A DNA stretch of 64,000 bases from a virus (taxonomy: Duplodnaviria > Caudoviricetes): positions 2,265 to 66,264 of the IMG/VR virus record IMGVR_UViG_3300033075_001514. One strand, given 5' to 3'. The translations under genes were made by a program, and so were the position numbers. The notes beneath the pieces are model-generated. The model saw nothing but the letters and a program-made list of their open reading frames with translations, ran no database searches and was not told where the DNA came from. Shown here piece by piece: positions 1 through 7,895 of this stretch. Each line of letters begins with the position of its first letter. The stretch's first letter is position 1.

Positions 1-2
1 AA

Positions 3-164
3 ATCGAAATCGAAATCAACGGCACCAAGCGTACCGGCCTCATCGAAGAGTACATCGGTGGGAACGGGGAGTTCCCCGACATGTGGGACGTCCGGATTCT
101 GTGGAAGAACAAGATGCGGAACATCACCTACATCTGTGCTCAGGTCGACCGAGGCGTGCTGTGA
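3..164 (+). CDS. hypothetical protein, 5'-truncated by window edge
   Basis: Open frame from nt 3 (IEIEINGTKR...DRGVL*); its TGA overlaps the GTG of the next gene. Confidence 0.6.
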   Translation: MEIEINGTKRTGLIEEYIGGNGEFPDMWDVRILWKNKMRNITYICAQVDRGVL

Positions 165-361
165 CCTTCGAGTTCTCGCTGTACCCGCTCAAGGAGACCG
201 CCCGCAAGGGCTGGTTCGACGTCCCGGTCATTCGGGTCGAGGCTCCTACACTCGCTGAGGCCCACGCCATCGCGCTGCCCCAGGTCCCCGAGGGGTCCAG
301 GATTTGGGCCACGATTGAAGTCACCGCAGCCGACGATAAGCTTCGTGGTATGGTTCCTTAG
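161..361 (+). CDS. hypothetical protein
   Basis: GTGA start/stop overlap with upstream gene; in frame with track ORF 83..361. Confidence 0.55.
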   Translation: MTFEFSLYPLKETARKGWFDVPVIRVEAPTLAEAHAIALPQVPEGSRIWATIEVTAADDKLRGMVP

Positions 362-426
362 CCCAAGTCCGGTAGAGGCCCGAACTTAAAATCCGGAAAG
401 TGTGGGTTCGAATCCCACAGGAACTA
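352..426 (+). tRNA. tRNA-Leu(TAA), short variable loop
   Basis: Acceptor GGTTCCT/AGGAACT, anticodon loop CTTAAAA, T-arm GTGGG-TTCGAAT-CCCAC, discriminator A; no encoded CCA. Confidence 0.85.
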
Positions 427-452
427 CTGAAGTCCAACCTAGGAGTATTCAC

Positions 453-701
453 ATGAACGTCACCAGAAATCAACTCCCGCCCCCGCCCCCGGAGTACCGA
501 GTCGTCCTTGACCTCAGTCAAGAAGAGGCCAACCTGCTGAGGACGGCCTTCGCCTACTTTCAGACGACGGCGTATAACATCCCGTCGACCGTCGAGAAGG
601 AACAGCCCGCACGAAGGACGCTTGACCGAAAAATTGTCGATCCGCTGTACCGCAAACTCCTCGAAGTGACGGACTTCGTAAGTCCTGAGGACCTCAAGTG
701 A
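453..701 (+). CDS. hypothetical protein
   Basis: AGGAG SD at 441 then ATG 453; stop overlaps next GTG. Confidence 0.7.
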   Translation: MNVTRNQLPPPPPEYRVVLDLSQEEANLLRTAFAYFQTTAYNIPSTVEKEQPARRTLDRKIVDPLYRKLLEVTDFVSPEDLK

Positions 702-1318
702 ACGCGTTTTACCGCATCGCCCGCTACCTTCTCATCAAGGTCTATTTCGGCTTTGGCATCGCCAGGTTGTGGTATCTGACCTACCAGGCCATCTGGGAAA
801 AGTCCAAGCGAGCACCCCTCAAGCGGTTCTATTCGATTGAAAACCTGGCCGCATACGTTTCCAAGCTGAAGTGGCGTGCTGATTCGTGGCGCGAGATTGG
901 GGACGCTATCAGCGCCCCCACGGCTGTTCAATGGCGTGCTGACAACGACCCCAAGTCCTTCATTGGCGACTGTGACGAGTTCGCCGTATATATCGCTGCA
1001 GTACTCAGCAGTGAGCGCCACGAGCCAGGATTCTTCGACATCCGCTCTGCAAGGCTCCTGACGGTCATGTGGAACAAGACCGGCGGCTCGGAGTGGGAGG
1101 GCAATCGCAACGGCCTGGGTGGCCACAATGTTTGCCTGATTCGCTATTGGGACGGGACCTTCGCCTACATGGACTACGGGATGCCATCGACACCCCGTGC
1201 AACCGCTCAAGAGGTCGTTGAAGATGTCCGCAAGCGCTACGCCCAGGAGTACGAGCCCTTCGGATGGGTGGTCGCAGACCCCACAACCCTGAAGGTTATT
1301 CACGCGAGCCTCGAATGA
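698..1318 (+). CDS. transglutaminase-like/papain-fold cysteine protease-like protein
   Basis: GDCDEFA (Cys), GGHNVCL (His), YMDYG (Asp) in triad order. Confidence 0.6.
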   Translation: MNAFYRIARYLLIKVYFGFGIARLWYLTYQAIWEKSKRAPLKRFYSIENLAAYVSKLKWRADSWREIGDAISAPTAVQWRADNDPKSFIGDCDEFAVYIAAVLSSERHEPGFFDIRSARLLTVMWNKTGGSEWEGNRNGLGGHNVCLIRYWDGTFAYMDYGMPSTPRATAQEVVEDVRKRYAQEYEPFGWVVADPTTLKVIHASLE

Positions 1319-1524
1319 AAACCCAGCGAACTGACGCTCTCCCGATGACTGCCGACGAATGGAAAGCCCACTGGGCCTGGGTCGACCGGTGGATTGACGA
1401 GACCTTCACTCCTCAGGCTCAGAGCCCCGAAGACATCGCTAAGGTCCGCGTCGCCATTGGGAACATGAAGGAACTGGCCGAGAAGTACCCCAAAATCATC
1501 GTCGGCAAGCACGTCAAGTCTTGA
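1315..1524 (+). CDS. hypothetical protein
   Basis: ATGA overlap with upstream stop. Confidence 0.6.
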   Translation: MKTQRTDALPMTADEWKAHWAWVDRWIDETFTPQAQSPEDIAKVRVAIGNMKELAEKYPKIIVGKHVKS

Positions 1525-1549
1525 CGAGCAGCTTTGGGTGTGGTAATCT
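1521..1549 (+). promoter_or_regulatory. promoter for tRNA cluster (TTGACG-N17-TAATCT; contains GTAATCT motif)
   Basis: TTGACG 1521-1526, GTAATCT 1543-1549, tRNA-like element begins about 7 nt downstream. Confidence 0.65.
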
Positions 1550-1555
1550 TCGTTT

Positions 1556-1629
1556 TGCGGGTGGGGGGTTAGCCATCCCAGAGGGCCTCATAAGCCTTCC
1601 CAACAGAGTGCAATTCTCTCGACGCCGCA
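1556..1629 (+). tRNA. tRNA-like element, CAT anticodon (Met/Ile2), irregular acceptor stem
   Basis: Anticodon arm AGGGC-CTCATAA-GCCTT, D stem GGGG/TCCC, T loop TGCAATT; acceptor pairing needs bulges. Confidence 0.55.
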
Positions 1630-1646
1630 ATTATACAAGTGAATAC

Positions 1647-1718
1647 GCGGCCTTGGGTCATTGGTTGATCGCTTCGTTGCCAACGAAGATTAAACGGGTT
1701 CGATTCCCGTAGGCCGCT
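1647..1718 (+). tRNA. tRNA-Gly(GCC)
   Basis: Acceptor GCGGCCT/AGGCCGC, anticodon arm CTTCG-TTGCCAA-CGAAG, T-arm with GGTTCGATTCC. Confidence 0.85.
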
Positions 1719-1743
1719 TCCAAACAGCAGTAATCTTGGAAGC

Positions 1744-2178
1744 ATGGAAACCAAGATTTGCAGCCAGTGTAAAGTGTCGTTGGATCTCTCCTCTTTTCAC
1801 AAAAAGGGAGCCGGAACTAGGGATCGATGCAAAGCCTGCAGCAAGCTCTACCACAAAGCGCATTACGAAGCCAATAAGCAAAAATACTTCGACAACGCCC
1901 TCGCAACAAGACACCGACTCCAGGACTTTGTCGATAGCCTTAAAAGCGGCCCGTGCGTAGACTGCAAACAGAGCTTCCCACCAGTAGTAATGGATTTTGA
2001 TCACACGTCAGACAACAAAATAATGAACGTAAGCCGCCTGGTGTGTTGGGGGAGCTTGCAAAAAGTCCAAGAAGAAGTTGCCAAGTGCGAGCTTGTATGC
2101 TCCAATTGCCATAGAATCAGAACACACAATAGGCGCGGGCGTAGTCGAGCAGCAAGACGCAGGTCTTCCAAACCTTGA
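1744..2178 (+). CDS. HNH homing endonuclease
   Basis: CxxC pairs, CVDC..MDFDH..KCELVCSNCHRIRT; paralog of 27524..27937; GTAATCT 7 nt upstream. Confidence 0.8.
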   Translation: METKICSQCKVSLDLSSFHKKGAGTRDRCKACSKLYHKAHYEANKQKYFDNALATRHRLQDFVDSLKSGPCVDCKQSFPPVVMDFDHTSDNKIMNVSRLVCWGSLQKVQEEVAKCELVCSNCHRIRTHNRRGRSRAARRRSSKP

Positions 2179-2206
2179 GACGCGAGTGCAACTCTCGCCG
2201 CCCGCT
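2135..2206 (+). tRNA. tRNA-Gly(TCC)
   Basis: Acceptor GCGGGCG/CGCCCGC, anticodon loop CTTCCAA, T-arm GCGAG-TGCAACT-CTCGC, U73; overlaps 3' end of HNH ORF. Confidence 0.85.
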
Positions 2207-2350
2207 TATGAAATCATCGCCTGGCCCCGTAGTGTTCTTCCCTCGGAACCCCATCGCCGCCTCGATTGCCGTCGCAGTCGCAGCATTGGTGCTCAAGGCT
2301 CCCAAGAAGTTTCAGACCGCGTTCCTCGCTGCCATCAGGAGTATTCGCCA

Positions 2351-2518
2351 ATGAAGATGGTGACTTGTGGCTGTAAGTGGTGCCGTGGTTCGATGCGTTT
2401 CGCGCCCGTCAAGGCCAAGACGCAGTACCTCAAGCGAGCCGCTCGCCACAAGGCCAAGCAGGACCTGAAGCAAGGTAAAGAGCCTGAGAAGGTCTACCGC
2501 GTTCCGTACATGTACTGA
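2351..2518 (+). CDS. small basic CxCxxC protein
   Basis: MKMVTCGCKWCRG...; coupled (ATGA) to an upstream 48-codon ORF 2208..2354. Confidence 0.55.
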   Translation: MKMVTCGCKWCRGSMRFAPVKAKTQYLKRAARHKAKQDLKQGKEPEKVYRVPYMY

Positions 2519-2531
2519 GGCTCGCGAGCCC

Positions 2532-2561
2532 TTGACAGTCGTAGCAACTAAATGGTACAAG
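2532..2561 (+). promoter_or_regulatory. early sigma70-type promoter with conserved spacer TAGCAACTAAATGG
   Basis: TTGACA-N18-TACAAG, ATG 6 nt downstream; near-identical copies at 12308-12337 and 12737-12766. Confidence 0.75.
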
Positions 2562-2567
2562 TGCTCC

Positions 2568-2816
2568 ATGAACGACACCAAGACCATCTCAGTCGGCATC
2601 ACTACCCGCGCCATCACCAGCGGTGCGAATGGTTACCCGTCCATCACGGGCTACCGCGCGGAAATCTGGGCGCGCGGAACTAGCGGCACCCTCTACACGT
2701 CGACCAAGAAGGCCACTCCCGACGAGGCCAACGCTCTGGCCCACAAGTGGCTCGCTCGCCACCCCGAGTACACCTTCAGCATCGTCTTCCCGTCGGCGTT
2801 TTCGGTATGGCCATAG
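2568..2816 (+). CDS. early hypothetical protein (probably leaderless)
   Basis: ATG directly after promoter. Confidence 0.7.
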   Translation: MNDTKTISVGITTRAITSGANGYPSITGYRAEIWARGTSGTLYTSTKKATPDEANALAHKWLARHPEYTFSIVFPSAFSVWP

Positions 2817-2819
2817 TCC

Positions 2820-3284
2820 ATGCACCCCTTGGTCGCCAAGCTGCTGCTCTATGGCGCCATCGGGCTGCTGATTGAAGTCGGCTTCACGGGCCTGTGGTCG
2901 CTCGCCAGCCGCAACTGGAAGGCCTCAGGCCACACGTACCTCTGGATGCTGCCAGTCTACGGAATGACGGCCCTGGTGCTCGAAGCTGTCAGTGAGGCCC
3001 TGCCCTGGCCCTTCTACTTCAAGGTCCTGGTGTACCTGCCGGTCATCTACGGGGCCGAAGCACTCTCAGGCTCTGCCATCAAAATCGCCACCGGGCTACT
3101 CCAAAAGACCTTTGGGGGCCACGGTGGCGGTATCATTCCGTGGGACTACGGCTCCAGCCGCTGGACTCCTTTCGGCCTCATCAACTTCAAGTATGCACCT
3201 GCGTGGCTGTTGGTCGCCCTTGCCTTCGACCCGATTTCTGGTATGATGCGCAACGTCGTCAACTACCTCGCAAAGGTGCAATAA
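2820..3284 (+). CDS. multi-pass membrane protein, CmpB/TMEM229-like
   Basis: YGAIGLLIEVGFTG..GHTYLWMLPVYG..PWDYG..FGLI pattern, hydrophobic segments. Confidence 0.6.
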   Translation: MHPLVAKLLLYGAIGLLIEVGFTGLWSLASRNWKASGHTYLWMLPVYGMTALVLEAVSEALPWPFYFKVLVYLPVIYGAEALSGSAIKIATGLLQKTFGGHGGGIIPWDYGSSRWTPFGLINFKYAPAWLLVALAFDPISGMMRNVVNYLAKVQ

Positions 3285-4086
3285 ATGGAATCAGTCGAAG
3301 TCAAGGTTGGTCAGGTTTGGGGTATCGCCAAATTCCATGATCATTTTCAACCCTTTGAAGGGTATCGCGTCGAGAAGGTGACGGAAGTAAACGCCAACTG
3401 GGTCCGCCTCGTAGAGGTCCGACATGTCAAGAAAGGCACTACCCACACCTTGTGGACCAGACCCGAATGGTTCCCGGGACCCGACCTCAAGCTCATCGAG
3501 GAAGTACCTTGAGCGAATTCATCGACAAGAGCGGCAAGCCACTGGCTCCTGGAGACCTCGTGGTGTATGCCGTCACGATTGGCCGTTCAGGCGCCCTCGC
3601 GTACGGCAAGGTCCTGGGAATCACCGCCAATGGCAAGCTCAGGGTCCACAAGGTCGAAAGCCAGCGTGACTGGGACAATCGCGACCGCAATGTCTACATT
3701 CCGACACTCGCTCGCAAGTCGAGCTTGTTGATGTACGGGACTCGCGTGCTGATGATTCAGCCCGACCAGGTCCCGCCTGAGTACCTGCCCGTGTTCGACG
3801 CCATCAGGCCCCTCGAAGGCGGCAATTTCGAAGGCGAGGACGAAGAATGAAGTCCGGCCTCCAAAAAGCGAAGGAGCACTACGCGGAGCGCGACCACCAA
3901 ATCGACGCCGCCCTGAAGATCCTCCGGACCTTCGTGGCGCTCGACGTACACAATCTTCCGTTGGACCTCGTGCCCAGCCTCAAAAGGCCACTGGCCGACC
4001 TGCATCATGCAGCCCTCAGGGCGCTGTCCGAAACCAGCAAGCAAAAATTGGCCAAGTACTCGGCCCGTTTCGAAAGCGACAAATGA
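3285..4086 (+). other. three coupled hypothetical CDS (3285..3512, 3509..3850, 3847..4086)
   Basis: Overlapping start/stop codons, phage-typical codon use. Confidence 0.65.
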
Positions 4087-5030
4087 CCATTTCAGCCAGA
4101 ATCGTTGCAGACTCAATCCAGAAGAACGGCCGACACCGCCTCACGACTTTCGTCCTGAAGTATCCTCGGTTCGTGCATGCCGAGTTCATGACGCACCGCG
4201 TGTTCAGCCGCAACGCAGCCTCCAGCCGTGCCATCCCCATCCAAAAGATGATTGAGCGCATCATCAAGGAACCTGCTGTGCCCGTGCATTGGGGTCGCAA
4301 CCAGGCTGGCATGCAGGCCGCTGCCGAATTGACCGGCTGGCGCCTCTGGCTTGTCAAGCAAATCTGGCTCAAGGCCCGCTACGTTGCGATCGCTTTCGCT
4401 TGGCTGCTCTGGAAGGTCGGCCTCCACAAGCAAATTTCCAACCGCATCCTTGAGCCCTGGATGCACATCGAGGTGGTCTGCACCGGTACGGACTTCGCGA
4501 ATTTCTACGCCCTCCGCAACCACCCCATGGCTCAGCCCGAGATGCAAGAACTCGCCAAGGCCATGCTTCGCGCCCATGAGTGGTCGAAGCCCCAGGTCCT
4601 GAAGCCTGGCCAGTGGCATCTCCCGTTCATCAAGAACGAAGACATGGCCGAAATGTACATCGACCATCTCTTTGGCAAAGACCACCGTGTCAAGCCCCTG
4701 AACGCCGAGGGCTTCCAGTTGGAAGACCGCAAAAAACTCTTCGATTGGCACCTCGCTCAACTCAGCGCCGCTCGTTGCGCACGGGTGAGCTACCTGAAGC
4801 ACGACGGCTCAACGGCTACCACTGAAGAGGACATCGAACTCTACTTCAAGCTCATGGGCGGCAATCCGAAGCACGCGAGTCCCGCCGAGCACCAAGCCAT
4901 GGTACCGCTCAAGTCGAGAGTTCCGCAGTACATGGCTGCTAAAACGCGCTCGAATCTGAATGGCTGGCTACAATTTCGCAAGCTCCACGACGGCGAGACG
5001 GTCCATGAAGGGGTCCATGAAGGACCTTAA
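4083..5030 (+). CDS. thyX: FAD-dependent thymidylate synthase, phage type
   Basis: EFMTHRVFSRNAASSRAIP and HASPAEHQA motifs, SAARCARVSY. Confidence 0.85.
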   Translation: MTISARIVADSIQKNGRHRLTTFVLKYPRFVHAEFMTHRVFSRNAASSRAIPIQKMIERIIKEPAVPVHWGRNQAGMQAAAELTGWRLWLVKQIWLKARYVAIAFAWLLWKVGLHKQISNRILEPWMHIEVVCTGTDFANFYALRNHPMAQPEMQELAKAMLRAHEWSKPQVLKPGQWHLPFIKNEDMAEMYIDHLFGKDHRVKPLNAEGFQLEDRKKLFDWHLAQLSAARCARVSYLKHDGSTATTEEDIELYFKLMGGNPKHASPAEHQAMVPLKSRVPQYMAAKTRSNLNGWLQFRKLHDGETVHEGVHEGP

Positions 5031-6093
5031 GCTCGCCCTCCAGGCCATTGAAGACATGCGCGCCACAGGCCAGTTGGTCGACGACGTGTACTTCCAGTTG
5101 CTCGTCACCGTGGCCTCAGACTACGTCTGCGAAGAGCAGGACCTTGAGCAGGGCTTGATTCTGCTCAATAAATGCACCCCTGAGTACTTCGAGGGTCAAA
5201 TGGTCACCCAGATGTCCGACGACGAGGCCTTCGCTTCGTCGGTTGTCAAGATGTCCTACAAGCTCATGCAGCTAGGTGTCGTTGACACCGACATCGAATC
5301 TGCTAACATGCTCAGTGCGGAGGCGTAACCATGATTCCTGAGATTTTTGTGTACGCTGGCGACAGATCCGCCATTGCGAAGGTGACTTCGTATGAAGCGG
5401 CGCAGGCTATCTCCAGGCTCTACGGCGACGAAGTCATCGTTACCCGTGACCTGGCCTATTCGGGCATCGACGTCCGAATCATTCGGGACGGCAAGTTCCT
5501 CGACCTGTTGATGCGTGATGGCAAGTTTTACATCCCAAAGTGACCATGGACATCCCCGACCGCATCGTACCTGAATCCCGGCTTTGGCGCTTCAAGGCCA
5601 CGGTACTGCCCCTCAAGAAGGCAGAAGGTCCCTACCGCTTCAGGTCGCCCCTGTTCATCTATAGGCAGGGGGATCCCCAGCCTTTGGGTTGCGGTGTGGT
5701 GTTTTTGTCCGGCCACGCCTTGGTCGCTGAAATCGCTTTGGATTACTCGATTCCAGAGCGCCTCGAAGTCGAGACCGGCCGCCAGCATTGGATTTACCCC
5801 CACGTGACGTACGACCTCACCAAAAACGAAGTCAAAATCGATTACTTGGTGATTTCGCCCAACGCCACGACGGACGTTGAGCACGACCCGATTGGAACGG
5901 CCCTCCTATGAATACCAGGTGGTTGCGATTCATGGTGTGTTCGGTACTGTCGATCTTCGACATCATCCTGGGTGTCGTGGCTCAGAACACCCTCAGGAAC
6001 CACGACCTGGCTGAACTGTTTTTCTGGTCGGGGTTCTTGCTCGCGGTCGGTGCCCTTGCGAGCTATATGGCCCTGAGAGAAAACGACGACTAA
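5017..6093 (+). other. four hypothetical CDS (5017..5328, 5331..5543, 5540..5911, 5908..6093; last is 2-TM)
   Basis: Tightly coupled ORFs from track. Confidence 0.6.
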
Positions 6094-6099
6094 GGCCGT

Positions 6100-6106
6100 G
6101 TAATCT
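6100..6106 (+). promoter_or_regulatory. late promoter motif GTAATCT
   Basis: 7 nt before ATG 6114; one of about 19 copies upstream of late genes. Confidence 0.75.
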
Positions 6107-6113
6107 TCAGGGC

Positions 6114-6521
6114 ATGCACCTGTCCGCCCGAGTACTCAAAGATGTCCAGTCGGTTAATTCCTTTGAGGCCGACACTGAACTCTCGTGGACCGAGGGCGAC
6201 ACCCTTGACATCCACCTGCAGCTAATCGACGTCAGCCTCGACCGCGCCCTCCAAGGCTTTCAGCCCGAGGGGCGTAGGTACGTCCCCAACGCTGGTGCGA
6301 CGCTGTCGTGCGTCATCGAGAACATCGACGATGCCAAGAAAATCACCAGGTTGGCCTCTCAGCCATTCGCCAACGACGGCTCGATTTGGCGCCTGAGCAT
6401 TTTGGCGACTGACGTCATTCGTGGCACACCACAACTTCGCTTGACTCTGACCGAGGGGACCAAGGTCACCCGTGGTCTCGTCAGACTTGCGCTAAAGATT
6501 CATCCGCGCTCGAACTTGTGA
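6114..6521 (+). CDS. putative virion protein
   Basis: First gene after GTAATCT, upstream of neck gene. Confidence 0.55.
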   Translation: MHLSARVLKDVQSVNSFEADTELSWTEGDTLDIHLQLIDVSLDRALQGFQPEGRRYVPNAGATLSCVIENIDDAKKITRLASQPFANDGSIWRLSILATDVIRGTPQLRLTLTEGTKVTRGLVRLALKIHPRSNL

Positions 6522-6529
6522 GGTGACCC

Positions 6530-7372
6530 GTGACAATTCTAACGAACTCGAAACCGGGTGTTGGCGCGGTCTACCCGTCCAACGCCATCGATGCTGAACT
6601 CCAACGCCTTGAGCCAATGGTCGGGCCGTACCAAATCCGCACCAGACATCTCTTTGGCCTTGACCTTGTGTCCAAGATGAGGGATTCCATCACCAAGAAG
6701 CCCATGGTGATGACTGACGCCATCATCCAGGACATCATCATCGGTGCCATCAGCCAGGCCGAGACAGAGTGCATGATTGACATCAGCCCCGTACAGCGCC
6801 GCGAGAAGTACCCCTTTGACCGTCAAGCGTACGAGTCCTTCGGGTACATCAAGACCCTGCACAGGCCCGTAAATTCGCTTCAGAAGCTGTCCGTGACGCC
6901 CGCGAACAACATCGACGTATTCACGTTGCCCCTTGACTGGGTCGAAGTCGCGTACTTCCACCGTGGGCAAATCAACATCATCCCCATGACCGCAGCTTTC
7001 ATCCAGGGCGGAATGGTGCCAGCCAGCACTGCTGGCGGTGCGATTTTCTTTGCCATCATGGGCAACAGGTCATGGATTCCTGCGTACTGGCAGCTTGAGT
7101 ACATCACCGGATACCCTGACTCGACTGTGCCTCGCATCATCAACGAACTCATTGGCACGATTGCTGCCCAGGAAATCCTGTCGATGCTCGCTGCCACCAA
7201 CGCTGGCAACAATTCCCACAGCCTGGGGATCGACGGCCTCAGCCAGTCTGTCAGCACGCCAGGTCCTGAAATCTACAAGAACCGCTACAACGAACTGGCC
7301 GAAAAGCGTGCTAAGCTCGTCTCCAAGATTAAAAGCCTGTATGACCGGAAAATATTCTCCAGCCATGTCTGA
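6530..7372 (+). CDS. neck/head-tail connector protein (SPO1/Twort-type)
   Basis: LFGLDL..AISQAETECMIDISP..E..FDRQAYESFGY..RPV..PLDW..GQINIIP pattern recalled from Herelleviridae neck proteins. Confidence 0.65.
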   Translation: MTILTNSKPGVGAVYPSNAIDAELQRLEPMVGPYQIRTRHLFGLDLVSKMRDSITKKPMVMTDAIIQDIIIGAISQAETECMIDISPVQRREKYPFDRQAYESFGYIKTLHRPVNSLQKLSVTPANNIDVFTLPLDWVEVAYFHRGQINIIPMTAAFIQGGMVPASTAGGAIFFAIMGNRSWIPAYWQLEYITGYPDSTVPRIINELIGTIAAQEILSMLAATNAGNNSHSLGIDGLSQSVSTPGPEIYKNRYNELAEKRAKLVSKIKSLYDRKIFSSHV

Positions 7373-7895
7373 CGCACTGCGGTTAGACCTTAAGAATTGC
7401 GCAAATTGCCGGTCCGAGTTCGAGCCCGACACAAATAAGCGGAAGCTTTGCGTAAGCTGTCGTAGCCAGCGTAGTCAGAATTACTACCAGCGCAACAAAG
7501 AGCAAATCAAAGCCAAAGTTTTGGCACGGTACTACAAAAACTACGACAAGATCCGGGCTGACCAGGCCGAATATCGCGAGAAGACCGGGTACAATTCTAA
7601 GTACTATGCCGAAAACAAAGAGCATCTTAGAAGTCAAGCGCAAGCCGCCCATCGTGCTAATCCTGGAAAGAAGTATGGACTCTCTAAAGATGAATATTGG
7701 GCTATGGTCGATCGTCAAGCGGGACTCTGTGCAATTTGCAACGTCGTCATGGAAAGAGTCTGCGTAGACCACAACCACGCCACCAAGCAAGTTCGCGGAC
7801 TTTTGTGCCATCACTGTAATGTGACACTGGGACTCATGAAGGAGGACCCAGAGCGTCTCGAACGCGCGGCGGAATACATCAGGAGCCACGTATGA
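7365..7895 (+). CDS. endonuclease VII-like HNH homing endonuclease
   Basis: CAICN..VDHNHATKQVRGLLCHHCNVTLG. Confidence 0.85.
   Translation: MSDALRLDLKNCANCRSEFEPDTNKRKLCVSCRSQRSQNYYQRNKEQIKAKVLARYYKNYDKIRADQAEYREKTGYNSKYYAENKEHLRSQAQAAHRANPGKKYGLSKDEYWAMVDRQAGLCAICNVVMERVCVDHNHATKQVRGLLCHHCNVTLGLMKEDPERLERAAEYIRSHV

Noticed and set aside
5000-5023. 12-bp tandem duplication GGTCCATGAAGG at the thyX end
   Set aside because: A short duplication at a gene overlap with no evident functional consequence.
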